A stretch of DNA of 64,000 nucleotides, taken from positions 33,889 to 97,888 of the forward strand of contig CAZYCV010000003.1 of the NCBI GenBank assembly GCA_964645305.1. The letters are read 5' to 3'. Positions 29,602 to 38,519 of this stretch are shown here, in pieces. The notes below the pieces were generated by a model. That model searched no databases, had not been told where the DNA came from, and was given only the letters and a program-made list of their open reading frames with translations. The position numbers and the translations under genes were made by a program. The stretch is from an uncultured Terracidiphilus sp. Lineage in GTDB: Bacteria > Acidobacteriota > Terriglobia > Terriglobales > Acidobacteriaceae. The stretch's first letter is position 1. Every line of letters begins with the position of its first letter.

Positions 29602-30225
29602 TTACCCCTTGGCCACGGCAAAGCGCCGGTTGACTTCAGCCCAGTTGACCACATTCCACCATGCGGCCAGGTAATCCGGGCGGCGATTCTGGTACTTCAG
29701 ATAGTAGGCGTGCTCCCAAATGTCATTGAACAGAATCGGATAGAGGCCCTGCGTCAGCGGCGAATCCTGATTGGCCGTCGAAATCACCTTCAGCTTGCCG
29801 TCGCTATAGACCAGCCAGCCCCAGCCGGAGCCGAACTGCTTGGCCGTGGTCTCATTGAAGAGCTTCTTGAAGGCCTCGAAGTCGCCGAAGTCGGCGGCAA
29901 TCTGCGCGGCGATGGGACCGGTCGGCGCGCCGCCCACTCCCTCTGAGCCAACCTGTCCCATCAGCTTCCAGAAAGCCGTGTGGTTGGCGTGGCCGCCGGC
30001 GTTGTTCTTCACCGCGGTGCGAATCTCTTCAGGAACCTGCGCCAGGTCGCGGATCAGGTCGTCGATGGGCTTGGCCGCCAGTTCAGGATGGTTCGCCAGC
30101 AAAGCATTGGTATTGTTGACGTACGCCTGGTGGTGCTTGTCGTGGTGAATGTGCATCGTCTCGGTGTCAATAAATGGCTCCAGGGCGGCGTAATCGTACG
30201 GAAGCGGAGCGAGTTCGTAAGCCAT
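29602..30225 (-). CDS. sodA: Superoxide dismutase, probably Mn type
   Basis: [39 protein letters not shown]. Confidence 0.97.
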   Translation of the reverse strand: MAYELAPLPYDYAALEPFIDTETMHIHHDKHHQAYVNNTNALLANHPELAAKPIDDLIRDLAQVPEEIRTAVKNNAGGHANHTAFWKLMGQVGSEGVGGAPTGPIAAQIAADFGDFEAFKKLFNETTAKQFGSGWGWLVYSDGKLKVISTANQDSPLTQGLYPILFNDIWEHAYYLKYQNRRPDYLAAWWNVVNWAEVNRRFAVAKG

Positions 30226-30414
30226 TGCGGAAATCTCCTTCGTCGTGCTTGTAAGCGGTTGGGGGTTGTGCCGTAGCCTCTCGGGCCAGGCGGGAAGCGG
30301 TTGGGCCGTGCCGAGCTGGTCAACATGGCCGTACGTTCTATGGATGCTGGAAGAGACGCTAAGTTGCGGGAAAGTTGGCGGGTGTGGGTCGCGGACTTTG
30401 GTTACAATAAAAGC

Positions 30415-32412
30415 ATGACTTCCATACTCGCGGACTCCTCTCTCGATCAACTGTCCATCAACACTTTGCGGTTGCTGGCCGTGGACACCGTGCAAAAGGC
30501 CAATAGCGGCCATCCCGGCGCCCCTCTGGGCTGCGCGCCCATTGCTTATCTGCTCTTCAACAAGCTGATGAAGCACAATCCCAAGCACTCCAAGTGGGCC
30601 GATCGGGACCGCTTTGTGCTCTCCAACGGCCACGCCTCCTCGCTGCTCTACGGCACGCTTTTTCTGGCCGGCTATGACGTGTCGCTGGACGACCTGAAGA
30701 GCTTCCGCCAGTGGGGATCGAAGACCCCCGGCCATCCGGAGCGCGGCCACCTGGACGGCGTTGAAGTGACCACCGGGCCGCTCGGCCAGGGAATCGCCAT
30801 GGCCGTCGGCATGGCGATTGCCGAAAAGCACCTGGCCGCGGTCTATAACCGGCCGGGCTTTGGCGTGGTGGATCACTATACCTACGCGTTGCTGGGCGAC
30901 GGCGATCTGATGGAAGGCGTCTCGCACGAGGCTGCCTCGTTGGCCGGAACCCTCGGCCTGGGCAAGCTGATCTATTTTTACGACGATAACCTCATCTCCC
31001 TCGACGGACCCACCAGTCTGAGCTACACCGAGGATGCGCTGGAGCGCTTCGAGGCTTATCACTGGCACGTGCAACGGGTTGCGGACGGCAACGATCTGTC
31101 GGCCATTGAAGCGGCGATTGAAGCCGCCAAGGCCGAAACCACTCGGCCCTCGATCATCGCCGTGCGCACAATCATCGGCTACGGCAGCCCCAAGGCGGGC
31201 ACCAACAAGGTGCATGGCGAACCGCTGGGCGCGGAAGCCGTCGCAGCAACTAAAAAGTTTTTCGGCTTCCCGGAAGACCTGAGCTTTGTGGTTCCTGCCG
31301 AGGCGCTGGCCAACTGGCGCAAGGCCGTTGAAACAGGCGCGGGCCAGGAAGCTGCCTGGAACAAGCTGTTTGAAGGCTATCGCGCGGCCAATCCGGAGCT
31401 GGCGGCGGAGTTTGAGCGTACCCAGAAGGGCGAGCTGAAGGCCGGCTGGGAGAAGGCGATTCCCAGCTTCCCGGCAGGCAAGGGGCAGGCAACGCGCAAC
31501 TCTGGTGGCGCAGTCATGAATGCCATTGCCGAAGCGGTTCCTGAACTCTTTGGCGGTGCGGCCGATCTGACCTCTTCCACCAAGACGATCTTCAAGCCCG
31601 GCGAGAGCTTTCATGTGGATGCGACCGCGCGCAACGTCTTCTTCGGCGTGCGCGAGTTTGGAATGGCGGCGGCCGTCAACGGCATCGCCGCGCATGGAGG
31701 CCTGATCCCCTTCGGCTCAACCTTCTTTGTCTTCTCCGATTACGCCAAGCCGGCTATGCGGCTGGCCGCGTTGATGCAATTGCACTCGCTCTTCGTTTAT
31801 ACCCATGACTCCATCGCCGTGGGCGAAGACGGACCGACGCACGAACCCATCGAGCAGTTGCTCGGCCTGCGCGCCATTCCCGGCATGACCGACTTCCGCC
31901 CCGCCGACGCCAATGAAACCGCGGCAGCGTGGCGGTTGGCCGTCGAACGCCAGGGGCCGAGCTTCTTTGCGCTCAGCCGTCAGGACCTGCCGGTCATTGA
32001 TCCGGCAACAACCGATGTCTACGCCGGAGTCAGCAAGGGCGCTTACATCCTGCAAGAATCAGCGAATCCGCAGGTTGTGCTGATTGGCACAGGCAGTGAA
32101 GTTTGGCCCTGCGTGGAAGCCGCCAAGCTGCTGGCCGCCGACGGCATCCAGGCGCGCGTCGTCAGCTTCCCTAGCGTAAAGATCTTCGAGGAGCAGACCG
32201 CCGAGTACAAGGCCAGCGTTCTGCCCGCCGGTGTGCCCAAGCTGGCCGTTGAAGCCGGCTCGACACTGGGCTGGTGGAAGTATGCCGGTTCCGATGGCGA
32301 TGTAATCGGTCTCGACCGCTTTGGCGCCTCCGCGCCCGGGCCAAAGGTCCAGGCGGAATTGGGCTTCAGCGCGGCCAATGTTGCGGCCCACGCCAAGAAG
32401 CTGGTGAAGTAA
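30415..32412 (+). CDS. tkt: Transketolase
   Basis: [33 protein letters not shown]. Confidence 0.98.
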   Translation: MTSILADSSLDQLSINTLRLLAVDTVQKANSGHPGAPLGCAPIAYLLFNKLMKHNPKHSKWADRDRFVLSNGHASSLLYGTLFLAGYDVSLDDLKSFRQWGSKTPGHPERGHLDGVEVTTGPLGQGIAMAVGMAIAEKHLAAVYNRPGFGVVDHYTYALLGDGDLMEGVSHEAASLAGTLGLGKLIYFYDDNLISLDGPTSLSYTEDALERFEAYHWHVQRVADGNDLSAIEAAIEAAKAETTRPSIIAVRTIIGYGSPKAGTNKVHGEPLGAEAVAATKKFFGFPEDLSFVVPAEALANWRKAVETGAGQEAAWNKLFEGYRAANPELAAEFERTQKGELKAGWEKAIPSFPAGKGQATRNSGGAVMNAIAEAVPELFGGAADLTSSTKTIFKPGESFHVDATARNVFFGVREFGMAAAVNGIAAHGGLIPFGSTFFVFSDYAKPAMRLAALMQLHSLFVYTHDSIAVGEDGPTHEPIEQLLGLRAIPGMTDFRPADANETAAAWRLAVERQGPSFFALSRQDLPVIDPATTDVYAGVSKGAYILQESANPQVVLIGTGSEVWPCVEAAKLLAADGIQARVVSFPSVKIFEEQTAEYKASVLPAGVPKLAVEAGSTLGWWKYAGSDGDVIGLDRFGASAPGPKVQAELGFSAANVAAHAKKLVK

Positions 32413-32414
32413 AA

Positions 32415-32541
32415 CAGGGACCAGGGGTCAGGGATCAGGGATCAGGGAAATGCGAGGAATGCAGCTTCCTGATCTTTGATTTTTCCTTATTCAATTGTGA
32501 GAGTAGGCCTGTCTTTATCTGACCCCTGACCCCTGAACCCT
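32415..32541. repeat. Inverted heptamer tracts (CAGGGRY)n ... (TGACCCC)n
   Basis: cagggac caggggt cagggat cagggat caggga at 32415; ctgacccctgacccctgaaccct at about 32519-32541. Confidence 0.7.
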
Positions 32542-32560
32542 AACTCCGAAGGAGTGCACT

Positions 32561-33019
32561 TTGAAACTCGTCATCGCATCCGACCACGCCGGCTTCCCCT
32601 TGAAAGAGGAGGTCCGCGCCTATCTCGGCAAAGCTGGCCACGAAGTCATCGATCTTGGCGCTTATCGCGCTGACCTGCCCGACGACTATCCTGACTTTGC
32701 CGAGAAAGTAGGCGAGGCCATCAAGCAGGGCGCCGCGCCGCGCGGAATTCTGATCTGCGGCTCCGGCGTGGGCGTCTGTGTGGCGGCCAACAAGATTCCC
32801 GGCATCCGCGCCGGAATGTGCCACGACACTTACTCGGCGCACCAGGGTGTGGAGCACGATGACATGAACGTCTGCGTGCTGGGTGCGCGCATCATTGGCC
32901 CGGCGCTGGCCTTTGAGGTGGTGGACCGCTTTATCGCTGCGCTGTTTGTCGCCACCGAAGAACGGTTCGTGCGACGCTTCAAAAAAGTACTGGCCATCGA
33001 AGCCAAGTATCAGCGCTGA
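32561..33019 (+). CDS. rpiB: Ribose-5-phosphate isomerase B
   Basis: SDHAG, DYPD, ICGSGVG, ANKIPGIRA. Confidence 0.95.
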   Translation: MKLVIASDHAGFPLKEEVRAYLGKAGHEVIDLGAYRADLPDDYPDFAEKVGEAIKQGAAPRGILICGSGVGVCVAANKIPGIRAGMCHDTYSAHQGVEHDDMNVCVLGARIIGPALAFEVVDRFIAALFVATEERFVRRFKKVLAIEAKYQR

Positions 33020-33043
33020 CGGTCTTTTCTTTAGGAGGCGGCA

Positions 33044-33661
33044 ATCTTCCCCTTTGACGTGATCCTCTTTGATGTGGGCGGCGTGCTGCTCACCAACGGC
33101 TGGGACGCAGGCGAGCGCGCAATCGTGCTGGAGCGCTTCGGGCTGGACCGCGCGGAATTTGAAGCCCGCCACACTCTCTCTTATCGCGCCTGGGAGATTG
33201 GCTCAGTTCCCATCCAAGCCTATCTAGACGCAACGGTCTTTTATGAGCCGCGCAATTTTACCCGCGAGGAGTTCTTCGCGGCCGTCTGCGCTGGATCAAA
33301 GCTGTTGCCGGATGGAGCCATCGAAATCTTGGAAGAAATTGCGGCGTCGGACCAGTGTCTAGTGGGAGCGCTGAACAACGAGGCGCGCGAGACCAACGAA
33401 TTCCGCTTCCGGCACTTTGGGCTGCGCAAACTCTTCAAGCTGGCGCTGAGCTCCTGTTACCTGGGCTTGCGCAAGCCGGATGCAGCCTTCTACCAGCGGG
33501 CGCTGGATATTCTGGGCGGGCCGGCCGAGCGCATTCTGTTTATCGATGATCGCGCGGAGAATGTGGCCGCCGCGACCGCCGCCGGGATGAATGCGCTTCT
33601 GTTCACCGGTGCCGGGCCGCTGCGGCTGGAACTGGCAAGGCGCGGAGTTTTGAAGAAGTAA
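33044..33661 (+). CDS. HAD-superfamily phosphatase
   Basis: FDVGGVL, RKPD, FIDDR motifs; start is ATC at 33044 (after AGGAGG) or GTG at 33059. Confidence 0.9.
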   Translation: MFPFDVILFDVGGVLLTNGWDAGERAIVLERFGLDRAEFEARHTLSYRAWEIGSVPIQAYLDATVFYEPRNFTREEFFAAVCAGSKLLPDGAIEILEEIAASDQCLVGALNNEARETNEFRFRHFGLRKLFKLALSSCYLGLRKPDAAFYQRALDILGGPAERILFIDDRAENVAAATAAGMNALLFTGAGPLRLELARRGVLKK

Positions 33662-34128
33662 ATACAATGCGCGATGCCGAGATGGACGAACTGGAAAGCT
33701 AGATGAGAGCGTCTTTGAAATGATCTTAAACGAGGCGGTTAGACGCGGTCTTGTTTGTGGACGATTGATCCTGCCAGATAGGATTGCGACACGGGCCTTC
33801 TGTAAGATTGCCTGTATATAACTTTATTTACCGATCTCTTTCCAACATTCTGATACTCTGTATCTGTCTGTCTTTCCAGGCTGCTGGTTCTCTTGCGAGG
33901 GCGGCTTGCAAAGAGGGATAATGATTTTCCCCTTCCCCCTATGTGAAGTTCTTCGTTTTTCGCTTTATTGATAGGAACTTACGAAGAATGAGATAGATGC
34001 AACACACAAAATGGGAATGATCTGATCCCGTACATGCACGCTTTTGCTTCTTCATAGAGCTTTGATAGCGTCTCAGATGTCCCAAATTATTCTCTGAACA
34101 TATATCCCCAACTGAAACGGGAGGTTTT

Positions 34129-34308
34129 ATGGAATGTCCGAAGTGCCATTATGAGGGAATCGAGCGCTCCAAGCGCCGTGGCTTCCTCGAGAAACGGATC
34201 AAGAGCCTCTTCGGCTTCTATCCTTGGAGATGCGCGGGGTGCAACAGTCGCTTCTTCCTTCGCGCCCGGTACAAGTTCATTAAAAATTCGGGCCAACCGG
34301 GAGCCTGA
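34129..34308 (+). CDS. 59-aa zinc-ribbon-like small protein (absent from the ORF track)
   Basis: GGAGG RBS; MECPKCHYEGIERSKRRGFLEKRIKSLFGFYPWRCAGCNSRFFLRARYKFIKNSGQPGA*; two CxxC pairs. Confidence 0.8.
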   Translation: MECPKCHYEGIERSKRRGFLEKRIKSLFGFYPWRCAGCNSRFFLRARYKFIKNSGQPGA

Positions 34309-34504
34309 CGCAGGACGAGGCGAGAGCCGCCCATTGATTCGTGGGCGGTTCAGGGATCGCTTTCCGCCGAAGATATTACCGCGAACAATTGACCTGCGGC
34401 GGAAATTCCCGTAAACTTAAAAATTGCGAGGGATGCGGCTTGAGTTGCATTCTATGACCGCATCATCCTGCCCGAGATCAGGGCTAGAGATCTAAGGATA
34501 AGCA

Positions 34505-34780
34505 ATGGCAAATCATGTATCGTCGCTGAAGCGCGCCCGCCAAACCGTAACCCGCACCGCGGTGAACCGCGCCAACCGCAGCCGTGTACGCTCCAGCCTG
34601 CGCACCCTGCGCGAGGCGCTCACCTTGGGCGATGTGAAGGTTGCCCAGGAGCAGTACCGCTCGACCGTCTCCACCCTCGACAAGAGCGTGCAGAAGGGCA
34701 TTCTTCATGACAACACCGCCTCCCGCTACAAGAGCCGCTTGAACGCGCGGCTGAAGGCTTTGGTTTTGGCCAAGGCGTAG
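34505..34780 (+). CDS. rpsT: 30S ribosomal protein S20
   Basis: [13 protein letters not shown]...[16 protein letters not shown]. Confidence 0.97.
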   Translation: MANHVSSLKRARQTVTRTAVNRANRSRVRSSLRTLREALTLGDVKVAQEQYRSTVSTLDKSVQKGILHDNTASRYKSRLNARLKALVLAKA

Positions 34781-34803
34781 CTCCAAATTCTCCTTCTGGA
34801 AAT

Positions 34804-34846
34804 CGGCAACAGCCGGGAACCTTCCCGGCTGTTGCCGTTTTTGTTT
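34804..34846 (+). terminator. rpsT terminator
   Basis: CGGCAACAGCCGGGAA-CC-TTCCCGGCTGTTGCCG-TTTTT. Confidence 0.9.
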
Positions 34847-34922
34847 GCTCGAAATTGTGGACGGCTGGTGGACGGGAACTGTTGGATACTTCCTGGTGTC
34901 TAAAATGACAGGAGGCTTGTAA

Positions 34923-35156
34923 ATGTCTCAGCCAGCCATGACAACACAACCTGCCGATGCCCAGCTTTTGGCTTCACTTGCCAAGTTGTGGCCACATCGG
35001 GAGCACGAATCAAACGCCATCAAAAATCTCTTTTGCTCTCTTGGTTTGCACTATTGGCGCCAACTGAATTTGAGCGAATTGCATCCGGGAAAAGTGGTCC
35101 GGTACTGCTTCTGGTGCCCGAAGATCAAGGTGGACGGGGTCATTTACCACCCCTGA
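34923..35156 (+). CDS. Hypothetical small protein
   Basis: AGGAGG RBS; CxxGxHxW...CxxC pattern. Confidence 0.65.
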   Translation: MSQPAMTTQPADAQLLASLAKLWPHREHESNAIKNLFCSLGLHYWRQLNLSELHPGKVVRYCFWCPKIKVDGVIYHP

Positions 35157-35279
35157 ACCGCTTCACTTGAACCCCATACGCAGGCTGAAGACCGGGTCGC
35201 GGCCCAATTGATCGACCTTGGCCATCGACTCTCCAGCGCTGTTGCGCTAGCCGCAGACCGGCAGGAAGTTGTCCATCGA

Positions 35280-35897
35280 TCAGTTTGGCGCTTCCAGCAC
35301 GATCCAGGCGCTCTTCAGATAGAAGTGGTAGACGGTATGGCGGTCGATGAGGGAATCGGCCAGAGCGTCGTGGTCAAGCAGCGCTGGGCGATGCAGCAGG
35401 CCGATCTGAGCCGCGTGAATCTGCTCTGGCGTAGCCGGGTCGATCGCCCAGTTGAAGCCGAGAACGTCTGTTCCTCCATGGGGCTGTAGGCGCTCAGTCT
35501 CCGGCGCGGCGGCCAGAACATGCACCTCGTCCGGCGCGCTGGCAAAGTAAACCAGCAGCGAGACCGTCCCTTCCGCCGAACAAAGAACCGCCCAGTCGGA
35601 GGAGCCGGGGCGCTCCAGGCTGGCGTGGATGACATTTTCCGGGTGATGAGCCTCGTAGCTTTGCGGAATCAAGCAGTTCCGACGATTGAGCTGGGCCGCA
35701 AAGGGCGCGGGAATCTCCGGATAAGAGCTGACCGGCAGATGGCGGATGAGATAAGGAATGGCGCGCCCTGCAACGACGACCTGACCGGAGATGTTGAGTG
35801 GCGGGAGGGCTGGCTCCGATTGCTGAGCCGCGACCGGCAATATCATCAGGCTCATGCCGACGACTCCCGATAGCACGACTTTTAGCAAGTTTTCCAT
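35280..35897 (-). CDS. Secreted hypothetical protein
   Basis: Signal peptide; CLIPQ and DWAVLC motifs. Confidence 0.8.
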   Translation of the reverse strand: MENLLKVVLSGVVGMSLMILPVAAQQSEPALPPLNISGQVVVAGRAIPYLIRHLPVSSYPEIPAPFAAQLNRRNCLIPQSYEAHHPENVIHASLERPGSSDWAVLCSAEGTVSLLVYFASAPDEVHVLAAAPETERLQPHGGTDVLGFNWAIDPATPEQIHAAQIGLLHRPALLDHDALADSLIDRHTVYHFYLKSAWIVLEAPN

Positions 35898-35902
35898 GCC
35901 GA

Positions 35903-36238
35903 CTATTTCAGTGTAAGGCCAAGTTGAACTGCGATTGCAGCCTCCACTCGTACAATGTCCTCAGAACTTAGAGTCCCTAGTTTGGCGCCGAATCGCAATT
36001 TGCTGGCCGTTGCGATCTGGGATGCGATTGCTTTCCGTTTTTCACCTCGGAGTTCGATGAGCGCTTCCCCAGGATATACGCGTTGAGTCTTTGATGTAAT
36101 CGGAATGACTTGCACCCTTTTCAAAGCCAGATTGGACGCATTATTTGACAGGACAATTGCAGGACGTGTCTTTTGAATCTCCTCGCCCAAGCTCTCGTCG
36201 AATCTGACCCAGTAAACATCACCACGTTCAATAGGCAT
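35903..36238 (-). CDS. mazF: PemK/MazF endoribonuclease toxin
   Basis: RGDVYWV, EIQKTRPAIVLSN, VIPITS, SQIATASKLR. Confidence 0.95.
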   Translation of the reverse strand: MPIERGDVYWVRFDESLGEEIQKTRPAIVLSNNASNLALKRVQVIPITSKTQRVYPGEALIELRGEKRKAIASQIATASKLRFGAKLGTLSSEDIVRVEAAIAVQLGLTLK

Positions 36239-36599
36239 CGCCAATCAATCCTTCCGTCCACTCCTCGGCTTCAGCCTCTTGCTCTTGATCTGCAGCCATC
36301 GCACGATAGCCGTTCAATAATTCTGCCTCGCGTGCTCCCTTGAGATATTCGACCTTTTCCTCAATGATATTGGCTATCTCTTGCGGCAGGATAAACCATG
36401 CAGGGTGTGAGTGCGCCAAAGGCACTCCCTTCTTGCTCTCCTTATCATCCCCGTTCCAGCGAATGCCAATAGAGTTGTTACCGTCGTATGTGAGTCGCGC
36501 GACGGACCAACTGGATTCGACGGGGCCTCTGTCAAAGAGAACCTCAACATCACGGACCTTGTTTTTCGGAGAAGTCACGGTTTGCGGATCAATATACAT
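36228..36599 (-). CDS. Putative MazF antitoxin: unrecognised N-terminal beta domain plus an antitoxin-like acidic tail
   Basis: GGAGGGAG RBS; overlaps the mazF start; C-terminus LLNGYRAMAADQEQEAEAEEWTEGLIGD. Confidence 0.75.
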   Translation of the reverse strand: MYIDPQTVTSPKNKVRDVEVLFDRGPVESSWSVARLTYDGNNSIGIRWNGDDKESKKGVPLAHSHPAWFILPQEIANIIEEKVEYLKGAREAELLNGYRAMAADQEQEAEAEEWTEGLIGDAY

Positions 36600-36727
36600 G
36601 GTTTCGAAATCTCCCTCCAACAAATTCTCTCATACATACGTACGTACCTCAAAGGCAGATTCCAGAAGCTTGCAGGCTTTCAACAAAATCTCTTCCGCGC
36701 ATCAGATTGTAGTGGCAGAATAAACCT

Positions 36728-37447
36728 ATGCCGCCCTCCGATTCAGTTCCCGCCGTTCCAATCGTCCTTTCCGCTACGCAGGCCCGCGTGCTCGGCGCGC
36801 TGATTGAAAAGGAAGTGACCACCCCAGAGTACTACCCGCTCTCGCTGAACGCGCTGATCAACGCCTGCAATCAGCGCAGCAACCGTGAGCCAGTGATGAA
36901 TCTGGATGAGGAAGCCGTGCGCATGGCTTTGCATCGCCTGGACGATCTGAAGCTGGCCGGCCGCGCCCGCTCGAGCGATGGCCGCGTCGCCAAGTACGAA
37001 CACTGGCTGGGCGAGGCCTTCAACTTTAGCCGCGCGGAGACGGCGCTCATCTGCGTGCTGCTGTTGCGCGGCCCGCAAACTCCCGGCGAATTGCGCGGCC
37101 GCACCGAGCGAATGCACACCTTTGACGAGCTGACCGACGTTCTGGCCGGATTGCAAAAGCTGATGGAGCGTACTCCGCCGCTGGCTGCCGTTCTGCCCCG
37201 CCAGCCCGGAACCAAGGAATCGCGTTATATGCATCTGCTCTCCGGCGGCGTCGAGTCACTGCCTGCCGCATTTGCCGCCGAGCCGCTCTTCGCCCGCCGC
37301 GAAGCCGCTCCTTACGCTGAGCAGAGTCCCGCCGAGTATGCTGTTCATGAAGACCGCATCACCCGCCTGGAGGCCACCATCGTTGAACTCCGCCAGGAGA
37401 TGGCGGCGCTCAAAGCCAAGATCGACGACCTTTTTGGAGATGGATAG
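36728..37447 (+). CDS. YceH/DUF480 family protein
   Basis: ARVLGALIEKEVTTPEYYPLSLNAL..CNQ, LLLRGPQTPGELR, RYMHLL. Confidence 0.93.
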   Translation: MPPSDSVPAVPIVLSATQARVLGALIEKEVTTPEYYPLSLNALINACNQRSNREPVMNLDEEAVRMALHRLDDLKLAGRARSSDGRVAKYEHWLGEAFNFSRAETALICVLLLRGPQTPGELRGRTERMHTFDELTDVLAGLQKLMERTPPLAAVLPRQPGTKESRYMHLLSGGVESLPAAFAAEPLFARREAAPYAEQSPAEYAVHEDRITRLEATIVELRQEMAALKAKIDDLFGDG

Positions 37448-37463
37448 GCGGAAGAGGAGCGGT

Positions 37464-38519
37464 ATGAATCAGAGTCTGACTGGAAGAGCGGCGCATTTTG
37501 TACTGCTGTGTTTTGCCGCTGCATGGATCGCATCCTGCGGAGGCGGCACCACAAGCACTTCTACGCCTCCCGCCTACACCGCTCCGCTGCCCTGGGTTTA
37601 TTCGCAGATCTTTTCCAGCGCCTCGCCTTTTCACACCACGGTGGCCGCGCTGAAGGCGAGCGGCGCCACCACACTGCCGCAGGCTGCGATGACCGCGCTC
37701 TGGAGCCAGAGTGTCTCTAATCAGGATCTTTCCGCTGACAGCTATATGTACCCGGTGTACGTTTCCCTGGCTACAGACCCTGTAAAAACCTTTACCTGCG
37801 CGCCTTCCGGTTATGGCTGCGATGCAAACAACCTGCGGATTCACATTCCCAGCGGCGCCTTGCCGGAGCCTCAACCCGATGCGCACATTGCGGTCATCGA
37901 TACGACGCAGAATCTCGAAGTGGATGGATGGGCCTGCACGGTAAGCACAACCACGGTCGCCTGCCAGTGGGGCGGAAGTCACTCCTTCGGCGGCACGGGT
38001 TTGGAGAATGTGGGCTCAACCTCAGTGAAGGCCGGCTATGCCGCCGGGCTCTTTGAGATTACCGCACAGGAGTTGCTGAACGGGCACATCGATCACGCGC
38101 TGGGTTTGAACACAAACTGCTTGAACAACCCAACCGTCTATCCGGCAGACCAGCACGCCAACGGAACCGACGAATCCTGCGGCGGAAGCGGGCCGCCCTC
38201 CTACGGCGACATGGTTCACCTGCTGTGGACGCCCGCGCAGATTGCGGCCAGTCCTTATTCGGCGGAGTGCAAAACGGTTCTGACCGCGCTGGCAACCTAT
38301 GGGGCTTACACCTATGACACCGGCAACTACGGGCTGGCTTTGCTGACGCAACATCAGTTCAGCTATACGCTGGTGGGCAAGACAAATCCCTGGGCAAGCA
38401 CAATCATTCCCGACTTGCAAGCTGCGGGCGATGCCAGCGGAAGTTATTGGCATTCCTGCTTCAATCGCCTGAGCGCCTCTGACTTTGAGCTGATTCAGAT
38501 TCCATCGGGCAGCTACTGA
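37464..38519 (+). CDS. Hypothetical lipoprotein
   Basis: GAGGAG RBS; lipobox IASC; DAHIAVID, GHIDHAL, ALATYGAY motifs. Confidence 0.8.
   Translation: MNQSLTGRAAHFVLLCFAAAWIASCGGGTTSTSTPPAYTAPLPWVYSQIFSSASPFHTTVAALKASGATTLPQAAMTALWSQSVSNQDLSADSYMYPVYVSLATDPVKTFTCAPSGYGCDANNLRIHIPSGALPEPQPDAHIAVIDTTQNLEVDGWACTVSTTTVACQWGGSHSFGGTGLENVGSTSVKAGYAAGLFEITAQELLNGHIDHALGLNTNCLNNPTVYPADQHANGTDESCGGSGPPSYGDMVHLLWTPAQIAASPYSAECKTVLTALATYGAYTYDTGNYGLALLTQHQFSYTLVGKTNPWASTIIPDLQAAGDASGSYWHSCFNRLSASDFELIQIPSGSY

Noticed and set aside
30226..31695. 697-aa minus-strand ORF suggesting a long N-terminal fusion to SOD
   Set aside because: The extension is the antisense shadow of tkt; sodA has its own RBS and ATG at 30225.
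33700..33755. Fragment reading FEMILNEAVRRGL, resembling a VapB-type antitoxin remnant
   Set aside because: Too short, with no convincing start or partner toxin; cannot be supported without a search.
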